NCBI GenBank assembly: GCA_023135835.1 | Contig: JAGLSI010000003.1 | Span: 1-41,765, forward strand | DNA from: Minisyncoccota bacterium | GTDB lineage: Bacteria; Patescibacteriota; Minisyncoccia; Phycocordibacterales; UBA12079 | Direction: 5' to 3' | Length of the DNA: 41,765 nucleotides | Shown here: piece after piece, positions 8,063 through 17,491 of the stretch | Numbering within the stretch: the stretch's first letter is position 1 | Layout of the letters: the number at the start of each line of letters is the position of its first letter | Notes under the pieces: generated by a model | What the model saw: only the letters and a program-made list of their open reading frames with translations | Databases searched by the model: none | What the model was told of the DNA's origin: nothing | Made by a program: the position numbers and the translations under genes

Positions 8063-10339
8063 ATGTTAAATCAATTTATTGATATTATTAAAGATACAAC
8101 GATAACTACTATTATTTCGGTAATGGGTCTATTTGGTATGGGTGATGTTGGTTTTTTAGATTCACCAGATGTTAATTTATCTGATTTTGCTCAAGCTAAT
8201 ATCTCAGAAGCGATAAATTCTGATGTCGGTGAAGTTGTAGAGGAGTCTCCAGAAACAATTAATCCTGTGGCAAGTATTGATAATGAAGATTTATTTTCAG
8301 ATGTTCAAGAGAATCAAGTAGAACTAATAGACGGAACAGAATATTTTATTAAAGAGGATCTTCCTGAAGCTATTTTTGCTAGACCAGAACCATTGGTGGT
8401 AGTTATTCCTGAAACTGAAAATATTGTAATTACTGAATCAGGTGAGTCTCTAGTTGAGCAAGATGAGCAAGAAGAATTTATTACATTAGGAGAAGGATTG
8501 ATTGAAGATGTTCGTGTAATTAATCCTATTAAGCCAACCAAAGTTAAAAAGGAAGTAGATGTTTCTTTGATTTTAGAAACTAATTTTGATGAGTTTGATT
8601 CTAAATTGCAGATTGTTGAGATTACCGAAGATGAAGATAACTTTTTCGTAGCTTATCAATATATTACTCTTGCTGTTGAGGACAAAGTTTGGAAGGTAGT
8701 TTTAAAAGAAAAAAATATTAGTATTAATAAAAATATTTTAGAAGGAAAAGATTTAGGAAATTATTTATCTGAAGAATTAGCAGAAGTTATAAATACTGAT
8801 ATTGTTTATTTAAAGGAAGTTCAGGAAATTCAAATTATTAAAAAAGCTAAAGAAGATGCTCTTGCTTTAGTAGAGGTGGAGGAAAGTACAAGAACTGTGG
8901 CCACTGATTATTCTTCTTTGATTGGAAAGGTTCTTGATATAGAAGAAATTGATTTTGGAGATTATATTCCTTTTGTAAAAGATGAAGAAATTACAGAGAT
9001 AATCACTATTTCAGATATAATTACTAGTGAAACAGAAATAGATGAAGAGGACCCTATTGTTGATCCAGAACCTGTGGCTGAAGAAGATAATACAACTTCA
9101 ACAGGGGTAGTTGATAATCAAGCCCCGTTGTTAGTAATTCAGGGAAATAACCCAGCTTTAGTTCAAATTGGTACTAGTTATGTAGATTTAGGAGCTAAGG
9201 TAACTGATAATATTAGCGAAGGGTTGGGTGTTCATGTAGGCGGTGATGTTGTAGATACCTCAGTTAAAGGATCTTATTTTGTAATATATACAGCTACAGA
9301 CGAAGCAGGAAATGTGGCGACCGCTACAAGAGAAGTTATAGTATATGACTACGGGGTTGTTCCTGAAGTTCCAAAGGAAGATGATATTTCTGTAGATATT
9401 CCAGAAGAGGAAATTGTGGAGGAAGAAGATGCTGTGGATGAAGAAGATGCAAGTCCAGAAATAAAAGAATTAACCGTTGATAATTGGGAAGAAGGTTCTT
9501 TTGAAGAGAAAAAGATTTTTGCAGAAGATGAGCTTGGTATTAAAGTAGCTAAGAAAATTTTAGAAGAAGAATTAGATTCTTTAATTATAGAAGCTATCAA
9601 CAGGTTAGACGAGGAAGTTGTAGTTGATATGTCTCAAACTAAAGGAGAGGATATTTATGATATGGGAGTTACAGAGGAAGAGTTGGCTGAAATTATATTA
9701 GCCGAAGAAGAACAGGCTCTTGCTGAAGCTGAGGTTGATACAGTAATTGAGGTTGTTGAAGTTGTTGCTGATACTGTGGTTGAGGCTGTTAGTGAAGGTT
9801 TAGAAAATGTAAAAGAAGCAACCGAAGATATTGTAGAAGAGGTAACAGCTTCGCTTGGTTTTGTTAATGTGAAAGGCTTGTTTGGAGATGTAAATTCATT
9901 TGCAGGTAAAAATAATACAGCCCAAATTTTAAGCAATGGTGTTTATGAATTAATTGGTTCTTTGGCTGATAATTTTTATAATATTTTTAATATTATTTAT
10001 AAAAAAATAAAAACTTCCCCTGTTGGTGAAGTTGGAGGAAGCTTTAAGAAACTTTTTGTTGAAAATACAGGGAATCTAGTTCCTTTTATAAGTTTTTCTT
10101 ATAATAAAATAAAAGAGGCGCCAATTACTGTGATCTCTAAATTATCTGGGGTTTCATCTTTAGCTGGTATAAAATATTCAAAAGAAGATTATCTTGGTGA
10201 AGAGCTTGTTGTAGATGAAATAGAAGAAATAAATAAAACAGGAGCATTAAAGGAAAAAGTTTCCGCTGCAGGAAGATTTATGAAATATAGTTTAAATAAA
10301 ACATTAGATTTTTTTAAAAATAATAAACCTGCTATTTAA
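8063..10339 (+). CDS. Highly acidic putative surface protein with a DUF5011/Ig-like domain
   Basis: E/D-rich; DNQAPLLVIQGNNP...YVDLGAKVTDN...VDTSVKGSYFVIYTATDEAGN...TREVIV matches the Ig-like (DUF5011) pattern. Confidence 0.65.
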   Translation: MLNQFIDIIKDTTITTIISVMGLFGMGDVGFLDSPDVNLSDFAQANISEAINSDVGEVVEESPETINPVASIDNEDLFSDVQENQVELIDGTEYFIKEDLPEAIFARPEPLVVVIPETENIVITESGESLVEQDEQEEFITLGEGLIEDVRVINPIKPTKVKKEVDVSLILETNFDEFDSKLQIVEITEDEDNFFVAYQYITLAVEDKVWKVVLKEKNISINKNILEGKDLGNYLSEELAEVINTDIVYLKEVQEIQIIKKAKEDALALVEVEESTRTVATDYSSLIGKVLDIEEIDFGDYIPFVKDEEITEIITISDIITSETEIDEEDPIVDPEPVAEEDNTTSTGVVDNQAPLLVIQGNNPALVQIGTSYVDLGAKVTDNISEGLGVHVGGDVVDTSVKGSYFVIYTATDEAGNVATATREVIVYDYGVVPEVPKEDDISVDIPEEEIVEEEDAVDEEDASPEIKELTVDNWEEGSFEEKKIFAEDELGIKVAKKILEEELDSLIIEAINRLDEEVVVDMSQTKGEDIYDMGVTEEELAEIILAEEEQALAEAEVDTVIEVVEVVADTVVEAVSEGLENVKEATEDIVEEVTASLGFVNVKGLFGDVNSFAGKNNTAQILSNGVYELIGSLADNFYNIFNIIYKKIKTSPVGEVGGSFKKLFVENTGNLVPFISFSYNKIKEAPITVISKLSGVSSLAGIKYSKEDYLGEELVVDEIEEINKTGALKEKVSAAGRFMKYSLNKTLDFFKNNKPAI

Positions 10340-10353
10340 TTAGAAAAAATAAC

Positions 10354-11403
10354 ATGATAAAAACAGATAAAATTAGAGTTGCTATAAATGGTTTTGGTAG
10401 AATAGGCCGAGCTTTTTATAAATTAGCTTTAGCAGAGCCACAGATAGAAATTGTTGCTGTTAATGATTTGTCAGATATAGACAATTTAAATTATCTCTTA
10501 AAGTACGATAGTGCTTATGGATTATCAGAATGCAAGTCTTTAGAAAAAGATATTTTTTATAATGAACCAGATCCACAATATTTACCATGGAAAGAATTAG
10601 AGGTAGATATTGTTGTTGAGTCTACAGGAGCTTTTAATACTTATGAAAAAGCGAGTGCTCATATTAAAGCTGGGGCAAAAAAAGTAGTTTTGAGTGCCCC
10701 TGTAAAAGAAAATAAAAATCCTTTAGAAGAGAAAGAAATTTCAGGACCTGATATTCCAGAATATAATTTAAAAGGAAAAACTGTTTTAATGGGAATAAAT
10801 GAAGATGAGTTGAAAGATTGTTACATTAGTGCTAATGGTTCTTGTACTACTAATGCTGTTAGTCCTGTTTTGCAAATTTTAAATCAAAAAATAGGTATAG
10901 AAAAAGCTTTGTTGAATACAATTCATTCATATACTTCTACGCAAAGATTGGTTGACTCCACTAATAAAAAAGATTTTAGAAAGGGGAGAGCTGCTGCTCA
11001 AAATATAATTCCTTCTACTACAGGAGCTGCAATTGCTACAACCTTAGCTATAAAAGAATTGGCTGGGAAATTTGATGGTATGTCGGTTAGAGTTCCCACT
11101 TTAGTTGGTTCGTTAGTTGATTTAACTTTTATAACTAAGAGAAATGTAAGCGTAGAGGAACTAAATTCAATCTTAAAAGAAGCGACTCAAGATAAAAGAT
11201 GGGATGGAATTTATAATGTAACAGAGGATCCGATTGTTTCTTCTGATATTATCGCTAATCCTTATGCTGCCTTAGTTGATTTATCTTTAACAAAGGTGGT
11301 TGATGGTAACTTAGTAAAAGTTTTGATTTGGTATGATAATGAAATGGGTTATACTAATACTTTAATTAAGCATGTTTTAAAAACGAGTGAAAGTTTAAAT
11401 TAG
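10354..11403 (+). CDS. gap: Type I glyceraldehyde-3-phosphate dehydrogenase
   Basis: INGFGRIGR, GSCTTN catalytic motif, WYDNE. Confidence 0.97.
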   Translation: MIKTDKIRVAINGFGRIGRAFYKLALAEPQIEIVAVNDLSDIDNLNYLLKYDSAYGLSECKSLEKDIFYNEPDPQYLPWKELEVDIVVESTGAFNTYEKASAHIKAGAKKVVLSAPVKENKNPLEEKEISGPDIPEYNLKGKTVLMGINEDELKDCYISANGSCTTNAVSPVLQILNQKIGIEKALLNTIHSYTSTQRLVDSTNKKDFRKGRAAAQNIIPSTTGAAIATTLAIKELAGKFDGMSVRVPTLVGSLVDLTFITKRNVSVEELNSILKEATQDKRWDGIYNVTEDPIVSSDIIANPYAALVDLSLTKVVDGNLVKVLIWYDNEMGYTNTLIKHVLKTSESLN

Positions 11404-11413
11404 TTAGTAATTT

Positions 11414-11490
11414 GAAGTCCGACCTCTTAACTAAAATATTCGTAACCTTTAGTTATTCGTTTTGTTTTCTTAATACTGAGGTCGGACTTC
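11414..11490. repeat. Inverted doublet of a 13-bp quasi-palindrome (second REP-like family)
   Basis: GAAGTCCGACCTC (11414-11426) and its exact reverse complement GAGGTCGGACTTC (11478-11490). Confidence 0.75.
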
Positions 11491-11551
11491 TTAATTATTT
11501 TGAACCGATAATTTAGAAATTTAAATAAAATTAAAAATTAATAGTAAAATT

Positions 11552-12007
11552 ATGGAAAAAACAATAAAAATTTTGATAGCTTCGGATCATGCAGGATTTG
11601 AGTTAAAAGAAGTTCTAAAACCCTTTTTAATAGATTTAGGTTATGAAGTAGAAGATGAAGGTGCTTTTGAATATCATTCAGAAGATGATTATCCTGATTT
11701 TATAAATCCCTTAGCTTCTAAAGTATCTCAAAATTCAGAAGAATATAAAGGAATTATTTTAGGTTCTTCTGGGCAAGGAGAGGCTATTGTTGCTAATCGC
11801 TTTAAGGGAGTAAGGGCTGTTGTTTTTAATTCTTCAAATTTAGAAATAATAAAATTATCCAGAGAACACAACAATGCAAATATATTGTCTTTAGGAGCTA
11901 AGTTCCTTTCTGATAAAGAGGCTCAGGATGCAGTGAAATTGTGGTTAGAAACTTCTTTCCCTGAAGAAGTTAGGCATGTTCGTAGAATTGAAAAAATAGA
12001 TAATTAG
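11552..12007 (+). CDS. rpiB: Ribose-5-phosphate isomerase B (RpiB/LacAB family)
   Basis: ASDHAGFELK, DDYPDF, GSSGQGE (Glu-type, as in mycobacterial RpiB), REHNNAN, RHVRR. Confidence 0.93.
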   Translation: MEKTIKILIASDHAGFELKEVLKPFLIDLGYEVEDEGAFEYHSEDDYPDFINPLASKVSQNSEEYKGIILGSSGQGEAIVANRFKGVRAVVFNSSNLEIIKLSREHNNANILSLGAKFLSDKEAQDAVKLWLETSFPEEVRHVRRIEKIDN

Positions 12008-12140
12008 TAATTAATTATTAGTTAAACCAGTGATAAAACGACAAAGGTTTGATTGGTTTAATATAGAAGTTAAAGGAGAAGCTGTTTATATAACATCAAT
12101 GGTATTTAAAATTAATTTTAAATATAACAAGATATTATAA

Positions 12141-12160
12141 TACTCCAGTTAACTGGAGTA
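12141..12160. promoter_or_regulatory. Perfect palindrome copy 1, putative operator overlapping a TATAAT -10 box
   Basis: TACTCCAGTTAACTGGAGTA; TATAAT at 12136-12141. Confidence 0.7.
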
Positions 12161-12205
12161 ATGTTAAAATAATTTTATTATATTTTATTATATTTTATTT
12201 ATATT

Positions 12206-12643
12206 ATGGTTAACGTATCAAAACAAAGATTAAGTAGAAATGTTTTAAATCAAATCAATGATAGATTAATTAGTGTTGTTTCTAATTTAAAAACAAATTC
12301 TTTTACAGGGAATTTTTTAGATGATTTGTTGAGTGAATCTGAAAAAATAACTTTAGCCAAAAGATTAGCTGTTATATTTATGCTTCAAGAAAATATAAGC
12401 TGGTATAGAATTTCTACTTTATTGAAAGTAAGTCAAACTACAGTCAGGAAGATTGCTGTGGATATTGATTTAGAAAAATATGAAAATATTTTAAAGATTG
12501 TTAATCAAAGAAAAAATAGAATCACTTTTTGGACAGGAATGGAAATTGTTTTAAAGGCGGGAATGCCTCCGATTGTAGGAAAGGGAAGATGGGATTTTCT
12601 TAATGATTTAGATGAAAAATATAATTTAAAGAATAAAGAATAA
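12206..12643 (+). CDS. TrpR-like (Trp repressor/YerC-YecD family) HTH protein
   Basis: FLDDLLSESEKITLAKRLAV...ISWYRISTLLKVSQTTVRK resembles the TrpR LLTxxE...xxR...SQRxI...VSxATI pattern. Confidence 0.75.
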   Translation: MVNVSKQRLSRNVLNQINDRLISVVSNLKTNSFTGNFLDDLLSESEKITLAKRLAVIFMLQENISWYRISTLLKVSQTTVRKIAVDIDLEKYENILKIVNQRKNRITFWTGMEIVLKAGMPPIVGKGRWDFLNDLDEKYNLKNKE

Positions 12644-12670
12644 AGAATAAAGAATAGAGAATAGAGAATA
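12627..12670 (+). repeat. 7-bp tandem repeat x6 spanning the TrpR-like stop codon
   Basis: (TAAAGAA)4(TAGAGAA)2. Confidence 0.8.
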
Positions 12671-12676
12671 AATTAG

Positions 12677-12704
12677 TAATTACTCCAGTTAACTGGAGTA
12701 ATTA
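12677..12704. repeat. Perfect palindrome copy 2
   Basis: TAATTACTCCAGTTAACTGGAGTAATTA (28 bp). Confidence 0.9.
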
Positions 12705-12872
12705 AATCTATTTAACACAAATCATTTGAGATAATTATCTATTATTAGTTATTTATATATGTAGTAGTTAAAATACTTTAACTATCTCAGTTAATTATGG
12801 TAACCGAAAATGTTTGTGAGGTTTTTAATAGATTAGACTAATTTAATTTTAATAAATAAAAAATATCAAAAG

Positions 12873-12896
12873 ATTACTCCAGTTAACTGGAGTAAT
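12873..12896. repeat. Perfect palindrome copy 3
   Basis: ATTACTCCAGTTAACTGGAGTAAT (24 bp). Confidence 0.9.
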
Positions 12897-12944
12897 ATAA
12901 GTGTTAATATTAGTGTTGTAGTATAAATAACTTGTAAGAATAAA

Positions 12945-13703
12945 TTATTTTTTCTTTAAATATTGTCCGATTTTCCACCAAAAGATTTTTTGTTGGTCTT
13001 TAATTGATTTACGACTCTCTTTTACTTCTGACCAATATTGATAAATAATATTTTCTGGAATTCTTTTAAAAAACCCTAGATAGAAACCAAAAGAACCTTT
13101 GCCTTTTTTATTTGTTTCCTGAAAATATTCTCTTATTTCAGCAACTAAGTAATGTTTTTCGGAATGAAGTGAGCTTTTTTTATTATTATTTTGTGGAGAT
13201 AATAGATTTCCAATGCTTTGAACTCCCTTACCACTTAATTTAACCTCTTTTTTTTCTGGAAGAAAAGGCTTTAATTTGCTACTAATAAAATCTGGGATAA
13301 TTTTTTTACTATAATTTTTAATAGTATTTTTTTCTGAAATTTCAGAAATTTTATTCAGCTCTTTTTTAATAGTTTTTGTAAAAATTTTTTCTAATGAAAA
13401 GTCTAAGGTATTTTTAATTTTAGCTGTTTTTGTTTCTATGTCTTTAATAACTTCTTCAGAAAGAAAAGGAAATTCATAAGGGTTTGTAGTTTTGTTTATC
13501 TGAATATCAGTTTTTCTTAAAAATTGTTTTGTATTTTTTGAGTTATCTATTCCTATAATTAAAACAGGTTTTTCTTTTTTATTATTTGATTGTGAGTAAG
13601 GGGCTAGAATAATAGAACCAATTGAAAAGTTTTCTTGAGTAAAAAACAAGGCTGGTTTTTGAAATTTATTTCTATATATAGGAATAACAGTTAGTATATT
13701 CAT
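12945..13703 (-). CDS. Hypothetical basic protein; N-terminus reminiscent of the PriA 3'-DNA-binding domain, small helical C-terminal domain
   Basis: 252-aa ORF; VIPI...FFT..FSIGSIILAP..K..VLII pattern; no helicase motifs. Confidence 0.55.
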   Translation of the reverse strand: MNILTVIPIYRNKFQKPALFFTQENFSIGSIILAPYSQSNNKKEKPVLIIGIDNSKNTKQFLRKTDIQINKTTNPYEFPFLSEEVIKDIETKTAKIKNTLDFSLEKIFTKTIKKELNKISEISEKNTIKNYSKKIIPDFISSKLKPFLPEKKEVKLSGKGVQSIGNLLSPQNNNKKSSLHSEKHYLVAEIREYFQETNKKGKGSFGFYLGFFKRIPENIIYQYWSEVKESRKSIKDQQKIFWWKIGQYLKKK

Positions 13704-13856
13704 AATTTAATTATATACTATCTATTCATTAAAGCACCAGAACCTACCTACATCAGTAGGTATAAAAATAATTATTGAATTATTCTTGTAAATATGGACA
13801 ATATTAATTTTTCATGATATGTTTTTAATAGATTTGTAAAATAAAATTTTTTAAAA

Positions 13857-14312
13857 ATGGGGGGTATTATGGATGAAATAAGTAGGATAAAGATTTCTTA
13901 TAAAAATTGGTTATCTTCTGTCCAGAAATGGATAAAGATATTAAGAAAGGTTCAAAAAAGAGAATCTTTTTCTAATAATGATGGTTTTAAGTCATTAGTT
14001 GTAATGAATGATTGCGGTTATTGCGAAGAAAGCGAATTTCTTGGAAATGAATTCTGTGGGTGTCAAGGTTGTCATCTTCATCAAAAACAAAGGATGTATT
14101 TTCCTCCAGGAATGATTGTTGGAAAGAAATTTCCTGTTTGTTTTTCGTATGTATATCCAGAAAGTCATTTTTCCTTGTTTGTTTCTGAAATGAGGAAAAA
14201 TTTTGTTGATTTTGAGGTGGCAGAATACCATAGTGAAATAATTTTGGATACAATTTTAAAAGATTGTCCTGATAAAGGCAGGGCAAAAAGAGATGGAATT
14301 GTTGTTCGATAA
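13857..14312 (+). CDS. Hypothetical Cys-rich protein
   Basis: 151-aa ORF with CGYC...CGCQGCH...C...C; followed by a strong hairpin. Confidence 0.55.
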   Translation: MGGIMDEISRIKISYKNWLSSVQKWIKILRKVQKRESFSNNDGFKSLVVMNDCGYCEESEFLGNEFCGCQGCHLHQKQRMYFPPGMIVGKKFPVCFSYVYPESHFSLFVSEMRKNFVDFEVAEYHSEIILDTILKDCPDKGRAKRDGIVVR

Positions 14313-14314
14313 CA

Positions 14315-14358
14315 AATAACCCTGTATCTTATCTAGGTAGATAAGATACAGGGTTATT
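14315..14358. terminator. Long perfect hairpin between convergent genes
   Basis: AATAACCCTGTATCTTATCTA-GG-TAGATAAGATACAGGGTTATT, 21-bp stem. Confidence 0.7.
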
Positions 14359-14362
14359 ATAA

Positions 14363-15007
14363 TTAATAAGATACTTCCATTAAGTTGTTATTATCTAAGA
14401 TATAAATATTATTATCATCTTTTTTAATAAAAGTAGGGTTTTTACCTTTATAAATTGGTTGTAAGTTTTGCTCTGTTTCGTAATCAACTCCTAATGCATA
14501 AATACCATCATCTAATGCCATTAAAATAACATCATCTCTGTTTTTATAAAAATCAATTGCTGTTATCTGCTTTTTAATTTCTATTGTAGATATTGTTTCA
14601 AGAGCTTCTGTTGAAATTAAGTTTTTTCTAAAATCAGCCATAATAGTCCAATATTCAGAATCTGCTTTTTCTATTATAAAACCACTAGTATTTTGAGGGA
14701 CAAAAAATGGATTTAATTCAAGAGTTTTTTCCCCGAAGATTTCTATTTCTTTAGTCCAGGGCCAGTATCCTTCTTTGTAAACAAGTACATTATGAATTCC
14801 ATTTTTTATTTTAAATTCAGGGTTAATACTATTTGTTGATTTTTCCTGTGTGTTATCTATGTAAATAACCAGAGTTTCGTCTAAGCTATTTATTTGTAAA
14901 AAACCATTTTGTTTTTTATCGTAATTAAAATAAAATAAACTACCTAAAATTAATATTAATATTCCTATAACTATTAATGAATTCTTTTCTTTTTTATTTT
15001 TTTGCAT
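14363..15007 (-). CDS. Membrane-anchored PEGA-domain protein
   Basis: N-terminal TM; GFLQINS...IYID...GIHNVLVYKEGYWPWTKEIEI PEGA pattern. Confidence 0.75.
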   Translation of the reverse strand: MQKNKKEKNSLIVIGILILILGSLFYFNYDKKQNGFLQINSLDETLVIYIDNTQEKSTNSINPEFKIKNGIHNVLVYKEGYWPWTKEIEIFGEKTLELNPFFVPQNTSGFIIEKADSEYWTIMADFRKNLISTEALETISTIEIKKQITAIDFYKNRDDVILMALDDGIYALGVDYETEQNLQPIYKGKNPTFIKKDDNNIYILDNNNLMEVSY

Positions 15008-15041
15008 TTTTTAATTCTACCATTACTTAAATTAAAATCAA

Positions 15042-15070
15042 TTGTAAATTTTTTAAAATAATCGTATGAT
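15042..15070 (+). promoter_or_regulatory. Sigma70-type promoter candidate for murA-mreB
   Basis: TTGTAA-17-TATGAT. Confidence 0.45.
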
Positions 15071-15167
15071 GAAGAGGTAATTTAAAAATTAAATTAAAAG
15101 ATATTTATTAGAAGTAAAAAGGGACTTGTTCCTTTAAAGATACTTTTAATAAAGTATCTTTAACGGG

Positions 15168-16460
15168 ATGAAAAAAGATAAATTTATAATTCAAGGATTA
15201 GGAAATAATAACTTTTTATCAGGGAAGATAAGGGTTAATGGGGCTAAAAATGCTGTTTTGCCTGTAATGGCTTCAAGTGTTTTATTTAAGGATGGTTTTG
15301 GGGTTAAAAATGTTCCTTTTATTGAAGATTTAAACCGTTTAGATGAGATTTTAAAGGGATTAGGGATAGAAATGAAAAAAGAAAAAGAAGGAGAATATTT
15401 TATTAATACAAAAGGAATTAACGGTGTAGAAATTGACGAAGAAGCTTCTAAAAGAATGAGAGCTTCTGTTATTTTTACAGGGCCAATTTTAGCTCGTTTT
15501 GGAGAATTAGTTTTTCCTCATCCTGGAGGGTGTGTTATTGGAGCACGACCGATAGATCTATTTTTAGATGGTTTTGAAAAAATGGGGGCTAAGATTGAAC
15601 ATAGCGATGGGAAATATTCCATAAAAGCTAAAGATGGAAGATTAAAAGGAGCAAATATATTTTTTAAAATTCCAAGTGTAACAGCTACAGAAACTTTTAT
15701 TATGGCAGGGATTTTAGCAGAAGGGAAAACAACTTTAAAAAATGTAGCAATAGAACCAGAAATAATTTCTTTAATAGAATGGCTGAATAGTTGTGGTGCT
15801 AAAATTAAAGGAGTAGGGACTCCTGTTCTAGAAATAGAAGGAGGTGTTTTATTAGAAGCTGGTGATAAAATTTATGAAACTATAGCTGACCGTTTAGAGA
15901 CAGGATCTTTTTTAATTCTAGGGGCTTTATGTGCTTCTGATTTAGAGATTTATAATTGCAACCCTGCTCATTTAGAAATAATAACTGAGATGTTAAAGGA
16001 TTCAGGTGTAGATATGCAAGTTGGTAAAGACTTTATAAAAGTAAATAATAAAAATTTAAAAAATTATAAAGCTTTTAATATAAAAACTCATGAGTATCCT
16101 GGATTTCCAACAGACTTACAATCTCCAATGACAGTTTTTCTTACTCAGGCTCAAGGTGAATCTTTAATCTTTGAAACTATTTTTGAAGGGAGGTTGAATT
16201 ATACAAGTGATTTAGTTAAGATGGGAGCAGATATAAAAATGTGGGATGCACATAGAGTTACTGTTAAAGGCCCTAATCAGTTGAAGGGTCGCGAGTTAGA
16301 AGGACCAGATATTAGAACAGGTTTTGCTTTTGTAATCGCTTCTTTGGTTGCAGAAAAAGAATCTGTTATCACTAATGTTTACTATATTGATAGGGGTTAT
16401 GGATCAATAGAAAAAAGATTATCTGGAATTGGAGCAGATATAAAAAGAGTTGAAAATTAA
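15168..16460 (+). CDS. murA: UDP-N-acetylglucosamine 1-carboxyvinyltransferase
   Basis: GAKNA, RMRAS, PGGCVIGARP (active-site Cys retained), YPGFPTDLQ, IDRGY. Confidence 0.97.
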   Translation: MKKDKFIIQGLGNNNFLSGKIRVNGAKNAVLPVMASSVLFKDGFGVKNVPFIEDLNRLDEILKGLGIEMKKEKEGEYFINTKGINGVEIDEEASKRMRASVIFTGPILARFGELVFPHPGGCVIGARPIDLFLDGFEKMGAKIEHSDGKYSIKAKDGRLKGANIFFKIPSVTATETFIMAGILAEGKTTLKNVAIEPEIISLIEWLNSCGAKIKGVGTPVLEIEGGVLLEAGDKIYETIADRLETGSFLILGALCASDLEIYNCNPAHLEIITEMLKDSGVDMQVGKDFIKVNNKNLKNYKAFNIKTHEYPGFPTDLQSPMTVFLTQAQGESLIFETIFEGRLNYTSDLVKMGADIKMWDAHRVTVKGPNQLKGRELEGPDIRTGFAFVIASLVAEKESVITNVYYIDRGYGSIEKRLSGIGADIKRVEN

Positions 16461-16471
16461 AACTATATATT

Positions 16472-17488
16472 ATGTCATTTTTCACAAAAAAATTAGGAAT
16501 AGATTTAGGGACAGCTAACACTTTAATCTTTGCACCAAAAAAAGGGGTTGTTTTGAGTGAGCCGTCAGTTGTTGCTGTATCAGAAATTGATAATAAGATA
16601 TTAGCTGTTGGAATAGGAGCTAAGAAGATGATAGGAAGAACTCCAGAAAGTGTTATTACTTATAGGCCCATGAAGGACGGTGTTATTGCTGATTATAGAG
16701 TAACTGAAGTAATGCTTCGTTATTATATAAACAAAGTTTTAGGTAAGTGGAATTTTTTTAAACCAGAAGTAATTATTTCTGTTCCAGCGGGAATTACATC
16801 AACAGAAAGGCGAGCTGTTATTGAGGCCACTATAAAAGCAGGAGCTAAAAAAGCTTTTGTAGTTAAAGAACCTATTTTAGCCGCTATTGGAGCAGGAGTA
16901 GCTATTGAAGAAGCAGGGGGTCATATGATTGTTGATATTGGTGGAGGAACTATTGATGTTGCTGTTATTTCTTTGGGAGGAATTGTTGCTTCCACTTCTG
17001 TAAAATGTGCAGGAGATAAGATGAATGAAACAATTATTGATTTTGTTAAAAGAAAGTATAACTTATCAATAGGAGATAAAACAGCTGAAGAAATAAAAAT
17101 TAAAATTGGATCAGCCTTACCTTTAGAAGAAGAATTATCAATGGAGATAAGAGGGAGAGATTTTATTTCTGGTTTACCTAGGACAATTGAAGTAAAAACA
17201 AATGAAGTCGCAAAAGCTTTAAGCAAAGATTTAAGAGAGATAATTAAAGCTATTAAGACTGTTTTCCAAGAAACTCCCCCTGAATTATCAGCAGATATAG
17301 TTCAAAGAGGTATAATTATGACAGGAGGGTCTTCACAATTAAGAAATTTACCAGAATTAATTTATAGAAGAACTGGGGTTAAAGCTTGTCTAGCAAAGGA
17401 TTCTTTTTATTGTGTATCAAAAGGAACAGGCGTAGCGTTAGAACATTTAGACGTGTATAGAAAAAGTGTTATTTTAAAAAGATATTAG
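16472..17488 (+). CDS. mreB: Rod shape-determining protein MreB
   Basis: GIDLGTANT, RPMKDGVIAD, VDIGGGT, TPPELSAD. Confidence 0.96.
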   Translation: MSFFTKKLGIDLGTANTLIFAPKKGVVLSEPSVVAVSEIDNKILAVGIGAKKMIGRTPESVITYRPMKDGVIADYRVTEVMLRYYINKVLGKWNFFKPEVIISVPAGITSTERRAVIEATIKAGAKKAFVVKEPILAAIGAGVAIEEAGGHMIVDIGGGTIDVAVISLGGIVASTSVKCAGDKMNETIIDFVKRKYNLSIGDKTAEEIKIKIGSALPLEEELSMEIRGRDFISGLPRTIEVKTNEVAKALSKDLREIIKAIKTVFQETPPELSADIVQRGIIMTGGSSQLRNLPELIYRRTGVKACLAKDSFYCVSKGTGVALEHLDVYRKSVILKRY

Positions 17489-17491
17489 ATG

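Noticed and set aside
12141-12896. Repeated palindromes (also 2905-4142) as a CRISPR array
   Set aside because: Spacing is hundreds of bp and irregular, genes lie between the copies, and there are no cas genes
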